DNA of 64,000 nt from Bacteroidota bacterium (GCA_025359805.1 JANYDU010000027.1:33744-97743), one strand, 5' to 3'; positions 39,562-49,347 are shown, counted from the first letter of the stretch. Translations and numbers: made by a program. The notes: generated from the sequence alone by a model not told the origin.

Positions 39562-40092
39562 ATGTTTTCATCATCCTTACAAGGTTATTTAGAAATTATT
39601 TTACGGGCATCAGCAGTATATTTTTTTATGCTGTTTGCTATTCGCATTTTTGGCAAAAAGGAATTATCTCAATTATCCACTTCCGATTTGGTTTTAATTT
39701 TACTCATTAGTAATGCGGTGCAAAATGCTATGGTTGGTCCTGATAATTCGCTTGGTGGTGGATTGATTGCCGCATTGGTTTTATTTTGTATTAACTATGG
39801 ATTTAAGTTGGTAATGTTTAAAAATAAAAAAGCAACTGAACTGATTGAAGGCAATACTGCCATATTGATTTATAAAGGTGTAGTGAATGAAGAAATAATC
39901 AAAAAAGAAAAAATTACACCCGATGAATTAGAAGCTGTGGTGCGCGAACATGGTGTATTAAGTTCGGCAGATGTTGAGATTGCAGTAATGGAAAGGGATG
40001 GAAATATTAGCGTGGTATCTCAAGAATTAAGCGGTCAAACCTTTCACATGCGAGGAAGAAAACTGCATCCCAAACATCAAAAAGCAAATTGA
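39562..40092 (+). CDS. DUF421 (YetF-like) membrane protein
   Basis: Three N-terminal hydrophobic segments, the LSTSDLVLILLISNAVQNA motif and a soluble C-terminal domain. Confidence 0.8.
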   Translation: MFSSSLQGYLEIILRASAVYFFMLFAIRIFGKKELSQLSTSDLVLILLISNAVQNAMVGPDNSLGGGLIAALVLFCINYGFKLVMFKNKKATELIEGNTAILIYKGVVNEEIIKKEKITPDELEAVVREHGVLSSADVEIAVMERDGNISVVSQELSGQTFHMRGRKLHPKHQKAN

Positions 40093-40118
40093 TTTAAATA
40101 CTCATTTGCGATAAAATT

Positions 40119-41492
40119 TTACATTCTAAAAAGTATCGCCATAATAATTCTGGTTTCTGCCCTCACTAAATCAGGTTTCCAATTTGGGTCTAAAAGTACA
40201 TTTGTATATCCTGTTTGAGATGTTACTCCACCAGCTCCTGCAAAGTATGGAACGCTTGATTCTCTGTGAACCAATTCAACCCTAAATGTAATACTTTGAT
40301 TAGGCATCCAATCAAAATTGGTTGAGCAATCCCAACCTTTAAATTGATCACCAGGATTTGCACTAAAAGGAAAAGCGCCTTCTGGTTGAGTAGGATTACT
40401 ATGATTAGGTAATGGGCTTGCTTGCCCTGTTGGATACAATACTAAATACCTTCCAGGATTGGTCATCACACCACCTCCAATTGTCCATGCTAATTTATTT
40501 TTCGCAAACCACACTCTGTTATAAAACATAGCACTGGCAAAATATTGTGCTGGTCCTTGTGAAGCATTTCCATCACTAAAACCATTTACGCCTCCACCTT
40601 TTTCAAAACCAAAATCGCCCGTTAATGAAAATGCCATTTTACTAATTCCTTTCGATTCGGGTTTGTTTAAATAACGTAGCAATACGCTATTGTCTGAATG
40701 AAATCGAACTCTATCGGGCAAACTATCATTATCAGTTCCATAATAATCATTGGTGAGAATTTTAAAATTACTATTTGGCATCCATGTAATATTAGCGCCA
40801 AACCCAGGCATACTATTAAACTTGCCATAACTTTGCCATCCATTAATAATCCACGGTTCAATTTTTAAATGTTTAGTTGGAAAAATTTGAATTCTTATTC
40901 CATTAAAAAACCAAGGTGTATTATCAGATGTAAAGGAAGCTTGATACTCCCAATTCTCTGGTTGGTAATAAGAATTTAAACCGATGTACGACATAAACAT
41001 ACCTGCATCAATATTAATTCCATACCATTTATTAAAATGATAACCGGCATACGCTTCACTTAAATAACGATACACGTTTGCCAATTCATATTGCCCACGA
41101 TAGGGACTTAAATCGTTGCGAGGAACAACAATAGATCGGGTTCCAAACTGTGTCATCACTCTTGCTCTTGCACCATTATAATTAAAATCTCCACCAAAAT
41201 GCAAAGCAGAAAGTTGTACCTCATTGTTACGTGCTAAAGCCGTTGAACCAACCACCGTATTATCATTTGGATTATTACCCGAGTAGGTATAATTTACATC
41301 CAATAAAATACTGGGAGTAAAGTAGGGCATATTTTTAAATACTGACGAATCTCTACGGTCTGAACCATTTTGCCAAGTTACATCAATGCCTTCAAAAGGT
41401 TCGCCTTTTTGTTGTGCAGATGCCACACTCATCATCAATAATTGACAACTAATAATTGATAATACGAGTATTGATTTTGTAAATATTTTCAT
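40119..41492 (-). CDS. Outer-membrane beta-barrel porin of the kind that accompanies kdp loci in Bacteroidota
   Basis: Signal peptide (..SVASAQQ) and a 457-aa sequence rich in alternating aromatic/polar residues typical of barrels. The family call is from memory only. Confidence 0.65.
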   Translation of the reverse strand: MKIFTKSILVLSIISCQLLMMSVASAQQKGEPFEGIDVTWQNGSDRRDSSVFKNMPYFTPSILLDVNYTYSGNNPNDNTVVGSTALARNNEVQLSALHFGGDFNYNGARARVMTQFGTRSIVVPRNDLSPYRGQYELANVYRYLSEAYAGYHFNKWYGINIDAGMFMSYIGLNSYYQPENWEYQASFTSDNTPWFFNGIRIQIFPTKHLKIEPWIINGWQSYGKFNSMPGFGANITWMPNSNFKILTNDYYGTDNDSLPDRVRFHSDNSVLLRYLNKPESKGISKMAFSLTGDFGFEKGGGVNGFSDGNASQGPAQYFASAMFYNRVWFAKNKLAWTIGGGVMTNPGRYLVLYPTGQASPLPNHSNPTQPEGAFPFSANPGDQFKGWDCSTNFDWMPNQSITFRVELVHRESSVPYFAGAGGVTSQTGYTNVLLDPNWKPDLVRAETRIIMAILFRM

Positions 41493-41621
41493 GATGTTTT
41501 AAGATAATTACACGCTAACATTTTTTATTACGCCTAACAATAAATTATTTTTTTTATTGATGAATAATATTTTGCAAATATGGGTATTCATTTATTAATA
41601 AAATATAAAGAGAGTATTGAT

Positions 41622-41640
41622 GGTATAAAGATTTTATAAA
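41622..41640 (-). promoter_or_regulatory. Candidate KdpE box upstream of the porin gene: TTTATA-AAATC-TTTATA-CC
   Basis: Read on the minus strand this is a 6-5-6 direct repeat. It lies 39 nt upstream of CATATTTG, a near -7 box, and 130 nt upstream of the porin ATG. Confidence 0.6.
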
Positions 41641-41669
41641 AAAGAACTGTAAATTTAAATAATACTTAA

Positions 41670-42347
41670 TTAAGAGAAACGATAGCCAACGCCACTTTCG
41701 GTAATGATATGAGTAGGTTGATTGGGATTGTCTTCAATTTTTTTACGAAGTTGAGCTACAAATACTCTTAAATATTGTGTTTCGGATTGATAACTTACTC
41801 CCCAAATTTCTTTTAAAATAAATTGATGAGTTAGCGCTCTACCTTCATTTTTTACAAACAAGCACATCAAATTATATTCGGTTGAAGTGAGTTTAACCAT
41901 TTCATTATTTCGCTTAACGGATCTTGCTGTAAAATCAACTTGAATATTGCCACAAGTAATGATACTGCTTTGTTCATTGTTGTCATTTCTTCTTATAGAT
42001 GAGCGGATGCGAGCGAGCAATTCTGCTGTGCGAAACGGTTTTGTTAAATAATCGGTGGCGCCATTATCTAATGCCAATACAATATCAGTTTCACTGTTTA
42101 TAACAGATAGTATGATGATAGCTTTGTGATACCAAGTGCGCAGCTCTTTTAAAATTTCATGTCCACTTTTATCAGGCAAACCAATATCTAATAAGATTAA
42201 TTCGGGTGGATGATTTGCAGCCATTATCACACCTTCCTTTCCGGTTGATGCTTGCCAAACTTTATAGTCGTTACTTTCTAAAGTTATTTCAAGTAGCTTA
42301 CGAATTTGTGGTTCGTCATCTATAACTAATATTTCTGCTTTAATCAT
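41670..42347 (-). CDS. kdpE: OmpR-family response regulator, KdpE-like
   Basis: Receiver domain (VIDDEP..LLDIGLPD..TKPF). The winged-helix C-terminus YLRVFVAQLRKKIEDNPNQPTHIITESGVGYRF closely parallels E. coli KdpE (YLRIYMGHLRQKLEQDPARPRHFITETGIGYRF, from memory). Confidence 0.88.
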   Translation of the reverse strand: MIKAEILVIDDEPQIRKLLEITLESNDYKVWQASTGKEGVIMAANHPPELILLDIGLPDKSGHEILKELRTWYHKAIIILSVINSETDIVLALDNGATDYLTKPFRTAELLARIRSSIRRNDNNEQSSIITCGNIQVDFTARSVKRNNEMVKLTSTEYNLMCLFVKNEGRALTHQFILKEIWGVSYQSETQYLRVFVAQLRKKIEDNPNQPTHIITESGVGYRFS

Positions 42348-43422
42348 TTTTTAGGTTGTTTAAAAATGATGTTTCAGAAGGAATTGTAATAGTAAATTTC
42401 GCACCGCCTTCGTTATTGTTTTCCAGTTTTATATTTCCATGATGAGCTTCCACAAAACCTTTTACAATGGATAGTCCCAAGCCCGTTCCACCAGTTTTGG
42501 AATGAGGTAAACGATAAAATTTATCAAATGCAAATTGAATTTCGGAAAGCGGAAAACCCTGTCCATTATCAGAAATAATGATTACGCAATGATTGGATTG
42601 AAATGAAGTTTGAATAGTAATAATTGAATCTTCGAGAGTATATTGAATGGCATTATGAATGATATTATGCAATACTTGTTCCATCAAACCAGCATCCAAA
42701 TTAAATAGAGGAAGACTTTCATTTGCATCAAAAATAATTTTATGATGAGTGTTTTCTGAAGTAAGTTTTTGAATAACAGAAAAGATGAGCTCATTTATAT
42801 CGCACCAATCTAAATGCAATTTTAACATGCTAGTTTCAAGCCTACTCATGTTTAAAAGATTTTCAACTTGTCTGTTCAATCTTATACTTGCCTTGTCAAT
42901 TTCGATTAGTAATTCGGTTTGATTATTTGCCGAAAGTTTTTCTTTATTTTCTTTCAATGTATCTACAGCTCCAATGATTGTTGAAATAGGTGTTCTCAAC
43001 TCGTGCGAAAGAGAATTGAGCAACGTATTATAAAGTTTGATTGTGCTTTCCTTTTCTTCTTTATCTCTCGCTTTTTTTTCGGCTTCACGAATTTTAAAAG
43101 TAAGTACAACATTTACCAATGCAATAATAAAATACATAAAAAACATGAGTAAATCTTCGGTATTATCAATTTGAAAAGTATAAATAGGAGGGATGAAAAA
43201 AAAATTCCAAATTAATGCGCTTAGTACTGCCACAAATAATACAGGCAACATGTCAAATAACATGGCCACTAGTGAAACTGCTACCAAAAGTAGAAGTGCT
43301 ATAATTTTATACCCGATTAAATGAACCGAGAAGAAACAAGCAATTGCAACGGCAATAATCAAAATTATGCTTGTAATAAATTGAGTGATTAAACTATATT
43401 TTCTTGTATTAAAAAGAACCAA
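42340..43422 (-). CDS. Sensor histidine kinase corresponding to the C-terminal half of KdpD (DUF4118 membrane domain, HisKA, HATPase). The N-terminal Kdp sensor/Usp domains are absent.
   Basis: Four hydrophobic helices, an H-box SHELRTPISTIIG and a G-box TGGTGLGLSIV. Overlaps the RR gene by 8 nt. The start is putative (TTG). Confidence 0.85.
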   Translation of the reverse strand: MVLFNTRKYSLITQFITSIILIIAVAIACFFSVHLIGYKIIALLLLVAVSLVAMLFDMLPVLFVAVLSALIWNFFFIPPIYTFQIDNTEDLLMFFMYFIIALVNVVLTFKIREAEKKARDKEEKESTIKLYNTLLNSLSHELRTPISTIIGAVDTLKENKEKLSANNQTELLIEIDKASIRLNRQVENLLNMSRLETSMLKLHLDWCDINELIFSVIQKLTSENTHHKIIFDANESLPLFNLDAGLMEQVLHNIIHNAIQYTLEDSIITIQTSFQSNHCVIIISDNGQGFPLSEIQFAFDKFYRLPHSKTGGTGLGLSIVKGFVEAHHGNIKLENNNEGGAKFTITIPSETSFLNNLKND

Positions 43423-43445
43423 TTTTACTTATTAATTTATGATAA

Positions 43446-43453
43446 CAAATGTA
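43446..43453 (-). promoter_or_regulatory. -7 promoter box TACATTTG (Bacteroidota TAnnTTTG consensus) for the kinase-regulator operon
   Basis: Exact consensus match 24 nt upstream of the TTG start. Confidence 0.55.
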
Positions 43454-43461
43454 TGTTTTAA

Positions 43462-43480
43462 GGTATAAAAATTTTATAAA
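43462..43480 (-). promoter_or_regulatory. Candidate KdpE box upstream of the kinase/regulator operon: TTTATA-AAATT-TTTATA-CC
   Basis: Matches the box at 41622-41640 at 18 of 19 positions. It ends 8 nt upstream of the TACATTTG -7 box. Confidence 0.6.
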
Positions 43481-43550
43481 TAATTAGTTTCATAAAACTT
43501 AATATTGAGCTCTATTTAAAATAATTATTTTCGCCAAAAATTAAACAACA

Positions 43551-44426
43551 TTGAAAAAGAAAATAACCTTTATCATTAATCCCATTTCGGGCGGAATAAG
43601 AAAAGAAACCTTCCCATCTCTCATTGGTAAAAATATTGATAGCAATAAGTTTGATGTGGAAATAAGTTTTACCCGTTCGGCAGCACATAATTTAGAGTTG
43701 GCACAACAAGCTGTTGAGCAAAGAAAAGATATTATTGTTGCCGTAGGTGGTGATGGAACTATTAATAACGTTGCAAAATATGTTACAGGAAGTGAGTCTG
43801 TATTTGGTATGATACCAATGGGATCCGGAAATGGATTGGCAAGGCATTTAAATATTCCACTCAATAATCAAAAAGCACTTCAACTTATTAATCGTCAAAA
43901 AAGTATAAAAATTGATACAGGAAAAGCCAATGACGACTTTTTTATAAATGTAGCGGGTGCGGGTTTTGATGCGCATGTAAGTTGGATGTTTGCCAATGCA
44001 CCGAGTCGTGGTTTTTGGTCGTATGCAAAAATCACTTTAAATGAATTTGCTCAATATAAGTCTCGAGAATATGAATTAATTATTGATGGCAAAAGTATCA
44101 CTGAAAAAGCGTTTTTAATTTGTGTAGCCAATGGCTCTCAATATGGAAACAATGCATTTATAGCCCCAACAGCTGATTTAAAAGATGGTATTTTTGAAGT
44201 GAGTTTACTAAAGCCTTTTAAAAAAAGAAACATGCCTTTTATTGGCTTAGAAATGTTTACCAAAAAGTTTAATAATTCAAAATATGTTACAACATTCAGA
44301 GGAAAACACATTATTATAAAAAGACCCGATGCCGAGGTCGTAAATATTGATGGAGAACCTGTGATGATGGAAAAACTATTAGATATAAAAATAGTACCTG
44401 CTTCTCTTCAAGTTCTCGTTCCATAA
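43551..44426 (+). CDS. Diacylglycerol-kinase-family lipid kinase (YegS-like)
   Basis: FIINPISGG and the VAVGGDGTINNV motif. TTG start. Confidence 0.88.
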   Translation: MKKKITFIINPISGGIRKETFPSLIGKNIDSNKFDVEISFTRSAAHNLELAQQAVEQRKDIIVAVGGDGTINNVAKYVTGSESVFGMIPMGSGNGLARHLNIPLNNQKALQLINRQKSIKIDTGKANDDFFINVAGAGFDAHVSWMFANAPSRGFWSYAKITLNEFAQYKSREYELIIDGKSITEKAFLICVANGSQYGNNAFIAPTADLKDGIFEVSLLKPFKKRNMPFIGLEMFTKKFNNSKYVTTFRGKHIIIKRPDAEVVNIDGEPVMMEKLLDIKIVPASLQVLVP

Positions 44427-44479
44427 TTTGATTTAACAGTTAACCATTTATATTAGTAACCCTTAGTTTGAATTGACTC

Positions 44480-44821
44480 ATGAGCAATAAAAATAAAAAC
44501 AGAGATGGAATTGTTTTTTCAACTGAAAGTAGTTTTGAATACGAATCATTTCAAAACGATGATGCCGAAACTTTGTCCATTCAACAACAAGATCTAAAGG
44601 TGTTTTTGGATAGAAAAGGTGGAGGCAAAATGGTATCAAGAGTAACTGGTTTTATTGGTAAATTTGATGATTTGGAAGAACTTGCAAAATCACTTAAAAA
44701 ACATTGTGGTGTTGGAGGAAGTGTTAAAGATGGAGAAATATTAATACAAGGAGATCATCGAGAAAAGATTATTTTATTTTTAACGAAACAAGGTTATAAA
44801 AGTAAAAAAGCTGGAGGGTAG
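44480..44821 (+). CDS. SUI1/eIF1-family translation initiation factor (YciH-like)
   Basis: GGGKMVSRVTGF and KKHCGVGGSVKDGEILIQGDHREKI. Confidence 0.88.
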   Translation: MSNKNKNRDGIVFSTESSFEYESFQNDDAETLSIQQQDLKVFLDRKGGGKMVSRVTGFIGKFDDLEELAKSLKKHCGVGGSVKDGEILIQGDHREKIILFLTKQGYKSKKAGG

Positions 44822-44876
44822 AATCATTTTTTATTTTTTATTTCTTCATCCATTTAAAGTGCTTTCATCAATAAGT

Positions 44877-44904
44877 ATTAACCACTTATTAAAATGCTAT
44901 TAAA
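44877..44904 (+). promoter_or_regulatory. Three 11-bp-phased direct repeats ATTAAC-cactt-ATTAAA-atgct-ATTAAA upstream of dabA (candidate OmpR-family operator)
   Basis: The phasing is exact. The last 17 nt are identical to 49452-49468. The array ends 38 nt before the TACATTTG -7 box. Confidence 0.65.
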
Positions 44905-44942
44905 AACTCTGACTGCATTAGGTTTGCAGAAATTTTAGAAGA

Positions 44943-44950
44943 TACATTTG
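44943..44950 (+). promoter_or_regulatory. -7 promoter box TACATTTG for dabAB, with a TTTG -33-like element at 44923-44926
   Basis: Exact TAnnTTTG match 28 nt upstream of the dabA ATG (44978). Confidence 0.6.
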
Positions 44951-44977
44951 TGCTCGTTTTTTGATAAAAATAAATTA

Positions 44978-47473
44978 ATGAAAGCACATCCATCTTCTTT
45001 CGATGAACATGAAGTAATTCATGATTTAAAACACTACTTACCCGCACAAGCTCCACTAAAAGATTTTATCCATCACAATACTTTACACGCTTTTCAAAAT
45101 CAAAAATTTTATGAAGGAACCAGAAACGCCTCTGAAATATTTGGCTATAAAGTTTCTCTTTCTCTTTTTGAATACAGAGAATTATTTCATCAACATAAAA
45201 TCAGAAAAGATATTCTTGAAAAAATAATTACGGATAGAAAAGGCATTGAAAACAGCAAAGTTTGGCACGATAAATTATTAGTTAATGATTATCATCATCC
45301 TGATTTACCAAGAATAGGAGCGCTTCGGGCAAATTGGAAAAAACAATATAAAATTGATTTGGATTCACTTGTTCATCCCATACTTTTTAGGTTGTTGTGC
45401 AGCTATCTTGATCAAGGAATTGCTATTTGGAATTTTCCTGTTTCACACAAAGGCTTTATTACTTCTTTAAGAGAAATGGAAAGCAATAGTTTTACCAGTT
45501 TTTTTAGAACAAAAAGAGCTAAGGATTTATTGCTAAACCACGATACAAAAATTGAACACTTGTTAAAATTTTTAGTGGGTGACGAATCTCTTTATAAACA
45601 ATATCTTTTTGATCAACAGTTTGCGCACCAAGGTTGGTCGGGTATGGTATCGGCTGTTGAGGATCAACCACAAACATTATTAGACCATAAAAAAATCACA
45701 CTTCATGAACTCATCTTTTTTGAAACTTTATTAGAAATTGATTCACTCGATTTTCAGTTTGGAGAAATTTGGGCGCCATTAAGTGCTAAGCTTTCTGAAA
45801 GACCTGTTGGGCTTTTTGCACCAACTACAGAAACCGAATTAATTGAAGTGCTTGAAATTTGGCAAGATGCTTTTGAGTGGAGTTTTTATGATGAAGTACT
45901 TGCGGGAATTGAATTAGAAAAAATCACTACAAAAAGAAATACCGAATCCAGTTTTCAATCGCTATTTTGTATTGATGATAGAGAATGTTCGTTCAGGAGG
46001 TATTTAGAAGAATTTGATCCATCATGTGAAACTTTTGGAACCCCAGGATTTTTTGGTGTGGAGTTTTTTTATCAACCAGAATTTGGGAAATTTTACACAA
46101 AAGTTTGTCCTGCTCCAGTTACTCCCAAATATTTAATTAAAGAAATTGGAACTACTGAAAAAAGAGAAACGGATGTGTATTTTTCAAAACATTCCCACTC
46201 TTTTCATAGCGGTTGGATTATTTCACAAACACTTGGTTTTTGGTCTGCTTTCCGATTATTCCTAAACATTTTCAGACCCTCAACAAGTCCTGCAACTGCA
46301 TCATCATTTAAACACATGGATAGGTTTTCAAAACTTACTATTGAAAACAAAAATATTGCTGATGTAGAAAATGATTTACAAATTGGTTTTACCATTGATG
46401 AAATGGTAACTCGTGTAGAAGGCGTTTTAAAAAGCATTGGGTTGATTGAAAATTTTGCGTCAATCATTTATGTAGTTGGGCATGGTTCAAGTAGTGTAAA
46501 TAATCCACACTATGCTGCGTATGATTGTGGTGCTTGTTCGGGCAGGGCAGGTTCCGTTAATTCAAGAGTGTTTTCAAATATGGCTAATCATCTAAAAGTG
46601 AGAGAAGTATTAGCAACAAAAGGAATTCATATTCCTGATGAAACACAATTTGTGGGAGCACTTCACGATACAACAAGAGATGAAATTGCATTTTATGATG
46701 AGCACTCTTTATCGCCCAAAAATGTATTGGCTCATAAAAAAAATATAGCTACATTTTACACAGTTTTGAATCATAATTCAAAAGAAAGGTCAAGAAGATT
46801 TGAATCCATCAACACCAAACTTAGTGCTGAAAAAATTCATGAAAAAATTCTTCGCAGATCGGTTTCATTATTTGAACCACGCCCAGAGTTAAATCATGCG
46901 ACAAACGCATTATGTATTGTAGGGAGAAGAAATCTTACTAAGCATTTATTTTTAGATAGACGTGCCTTTTTAAATTCATATGATTACGAAATTGATCCTG
47001 AAGGAAAGATTCTTTTAAATATTATGAAGCCACTAGGACCCGTTTGTGGAGGGATTAACTTAGAGTATTATTTTTCAAGAGTGGATAATCAAAAATTGGG
47101 AGCGGGTACAAAACTTCCACATAATGTGATGGGGCTATTTGGCGTTGCCAATGGAATTGATGGTGATTTACGTCCTGGTCTTCCGAGCCAAATGATTGAA
47201 GTGCATGACCCAATTCGTTTGATGATTATTGTTGAACATTTTCCCGAAGTGGTTTTAAAAACTATAAAAACTTTACCCGAAGTGTATGAATGGTATATTA
47301 ATGAATGGATTCATTTGATTGCTGTAAATCCTGAAACAAAAAAACTTTTTGAGTTTAAAAATGGAGATTTTGTTTCATACATTCCAATTAAAAAACAGAT
47401 TGATACCACATCAAATGTTGAAACTTTAACAGAATCATCTCCAGAAAATATTTCGGTTCACTTAATTAAATAA
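44978..47473 (+). CDS. dabA: DabA (DUF2309), the beta-carbonic-anhydrase-like subunit of the DAB inorganic-carbon pump
   Basis: Contains a C-x-D motif (FCIDDRECSF). Also contains His and Cys 15 residues apart (VVGHGSSSVNNPHYAAYDCGACSG). This matches the Zn-ligand pattern C351/D353/H524/C539 reported for H. neapolitanus DabA (from memory). Confidence 0.9.
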   Translation: MKAHPSSFDEHEVIHDLKHYLPAQAPLKDFIHHNTLHAFQNQKFYEGTRNASEIFGYKVSLSLFEYRELFHQHKIRKDILEKIITDRKGIENSKVWHDKLLVNDYHHPDLPRIGALRANWKKQYKIDLDSLVHPILFRLLCSYLDQGIAIWNFPVSHKGFITSLREMESNSFTSFFRTKRAKDLLLNHDTKIEHLLKFLVGDESLYKQYLFDQQFAHQGWSGMVSAVEDQPQTLLDHKKITLHELIFFETLLEIDSLDFQFGEIWAPLSAKLSERPVGLFAPTTETELIEVLEIWQDAFEWSFYDEVLAGIELEKITTKRNTESSFQSLFCIDDRECSFRRYLEEFDPSCETFGTPGFFGVEFFYQPEFGKFYTKVCPAPVTPKYLIKEIGTTEKRETDVYFSKHSHSFHSGWIISQTLGFWSAFRLFLNIFRPSTSPATASSFKHMDRFSKLTIENKNIADVENDLQIGFTIDEMVTRVEGVLKSIGLIENFASIIYVVGHGSSSVNNPHYAAYDCGACSGRAGSVNSRVFSNMANHLKVREVLATKGIHIPDETQFVGALHDTTRDEIAFYDEHSLSPKNVLAHKKNIATFYTVLNHNSKERSRRFESINTKLSAEKIHEKILRRSVSLFEPRPELNHATNALCIVGRRNLTKHLFLDRRAFLNSYDYEIDPEGKILLNIMKPLGPVCGGINLEYYFSRVDNQKLGAGTKLPHNVMGLFGVANGIDGDLRPGLPSQMIEVHDPIRLMIIVEHFPEVVLKTIKTLPEVYEWYINEWIHLIAVNPETKKLFEFKNGDFVSYIPIKKQIDTTSNVETLTESSPENISVHLIK

Positions 47474-47478
47474 ACAGC

Positions 47479-49347
47479 ATGATATCGTTAATCCCACTTT
47501 TTATATTTATTCCACTTTTAGGATTTATTATTAGTTTACTTATTCCCGGTAAAAAAGAAAATTTGCTGTCTATGGCAGCATTTGTTAGTGTTGGGGCGCA
47601 TTTTATTTTATTTATTATTTTTCTGTTTTATTGGTTTTTAAATGGGAGAGTGGCACTCAACTTAAAAGAAATAGTCATTTATCAAACATCCAATTATGAA
47701 TTTTATCTCGACTTTTATTTTGATAAAATAACTGCCGTTTATCTTTTTGTGGGTTCATTTCTCACATTTTTAGTAACCATTTATAGCCGTGCTTATCTTC
47801 ATCGCGAAAAGGGATACAAACGTTTTTTTAATACTATTCTATTCTTTTATTTGGGATATACCATCACCATTATATCAGGAAATTTTGAAACGCTTTTTAT
47901 CGGTTGGGAGATTTTGGGTATCTCTTCTTTTTTATTAATCGCTTTTTATCGAGACAGATATTTACCTGTAAAAAATGCAGTAAAAGTTTTTTCAATTTAT
48001 AGAATTAGTGATATAGGTTTAATACTTGCCATGTGGGCAACACATCATTTATGGCACGAAAATATTACGTTTTTAAAACTTAGTAATTATGAATTAGCTC
48101 ACGAGCATCTTCAAAATCATACTTGGATTGGCATCTTTATTTCTCTGATGATTTTACTAACAGCTGCCGCTAAATCGGCACAACTTCCATTCTCATCATG
48201 GTTACCTAGAGCGATGGAAGGACCAACTCCATCAAGCGCCATTTTTTACGGTTCACTTTCTGTACATCTTGGCGTTTTTTTGTTGCTCAGAACTTTTCCT
48301 TTTTGGGAATATCAATTATCGGTTCGGATTTTTATTTCACTTTTAGGTTTATTTACAGCCATTGTTGCAAGTGGAATTGCAAGAGTTCAATCTTCCGTTA
48401 AAAGTCAGATTGCTTATGCTTCCATTGCTCAAATCGGACTTATATTTATTGAAGTGGCGGCTGGTTTTGAAAACCTTGCCCTATTTCATTTTGCCGGAAA
48501 CGCTTTCTTAAGAACTTATCAATTATTAGTTTCTCCTTCGGTTGTGAGTTATTTAATTAGAGAACAATTTTATAACTTTTCGCCACGTGCGCACACTATT
48601 GAAGATTCGTTTCCAAAAAGATTAGAATACTCGTTTTATATTTTGTGCCTAAAGGAATTTAACCTGGATTCATTTATGTATCGTTTCTTTTGGAATCCTT
48701 TTAAACGAGCCGGAAAAAGGTTAGATTTTTTAACGGTGAAACGTGCATTTATTTTCTTTGTTCCTGCATATTTGGTAGGCTTAGTGTTTGTTTTTAATGA
48801 AGCCTATATTCCAGAAAATCTTCATGAATATTTACCTGTATTTTTTGCTTTAATTGGTTTGGTGATGGTGCTCAAATCATTTACGGAAAGAAAAAATGTG
48901 CAGATGAGTTGGTTGCTACTTATTATGAATCATTTTTGGATTGCATTAGCTATTTCGTTTAATGAGCATTTTAATTATAGCCAAAATGTACTTTATTTAA
49001 GTGGAATTGTTGTGTGTGGAATGCTTGGTTATTTATGTCTTCGCAGGTTAAAAATTTTTGAAACCAATATTGATTTGGATCAGTTTCATGGGCACTCACA
49101 CAAACACCCCAAAATTGCATTTGTATTTTTACTATCGTGTTTGGGATTAACTGGTTTTCCTATTACTCCAACGTTTTTGGGAGAAGATTTAATTTTTAGT
49201 CATATTCATGAAAATCAATCTATGCTTGCCCTTTTTGTATCGTTAAGTTTTATCATTGATGGTATTTCTGTAATCAGAATTTATGCCCGAGTTTTTTTGG
49301 GGCCGCATGTAAAATCAGTTTATGATATGGCTTATCGTTCATCATAA
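47479..49347 (+). CDS. dabB: DabB, NuoL/MrpA-like proton-conducting membrane subunit of the DAB pump
   Basis: Multi-pass Proton_antipo_M-type sequence (GWEILGISSFLLIAF, AAAKSAQLPFSSWLPRAMEGPTPSSA). Starts 5 nt after dabA. Confidence 0.88.
   Translation: MISLIPLFIFIPLLGFIISLLIPGKKENLLSMAAFVSVGAHFILFIIFLFYWFLNGRVALNLKEIVIYQTSNYEFYLDFYFDKITAVYLFVGSFLTFLVTIYSRAYLHREKGYKRFFNTILFFYLGYTITIISGNFETLFIGWEILGISSFLLIAFYRDRYLPVKNAVKVFSIYRISDIGLILAMWATHHLWHENITFLKLSNYELAHEHLQNHTWIGIFISLMILLTAAAKSAQLPFSSWLPRAMEGPTPSSAIFYGSLSVHLGVFLLLRTFPFWEYQLSVRIFISLLGLFTAIVASGIARVQSSVKSQIAYASIAQIGLIFIEVAAGFENLALFHFAGNAFLRTYQLLVSPSVVSYLIREQFYNFSPRAHTIEDSFPKRLEYSFYILCLKEFNLDSFMYRFFWNPFKRAGKRLDFLTVKRAFIFFVPAYLVGLVFVFNEAYIPENLHEYLPVFFALIGLVMVLKSFTERKNVQMSWLLLIMNHFWIALAISFNEHFNYSQNVLYLSGIVVCGMLGYLCLRRLKIFETNIDLDQFHGHSHKHPKIAFVFLLSCLGLTGFPITPTFLGEDLIFSHIHENQSMLALFVSLSFIIDGISVIRIYARVFLGPHVKSVYDMAYRSS

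Noticed and set aside
43541-43864. 107-aa minus-strand ORF overlapping the lipid kinase gene
   Set aside because: It is antisense to a gene with the diagnostic GGDGT motif, and it would run through the KdpE-like box and promoter region.
44948-44977. Upstream alternative starts offered by the ORF track. These are GTG 44948 for dabA, 60065 for folD, TTG 61108 for queE, GTG 34548 for DUF2252, 19256 for the S46 peptidase, and 22797 and 53498 for two small secreted proteins.
   Set aside because: The extensions overlap promoter boxes or the preceding gene, or they add non-conserved residues ahead of a clear signal peptide or conserved N-terminus. Internal ATG codons give the canonical N-termini.
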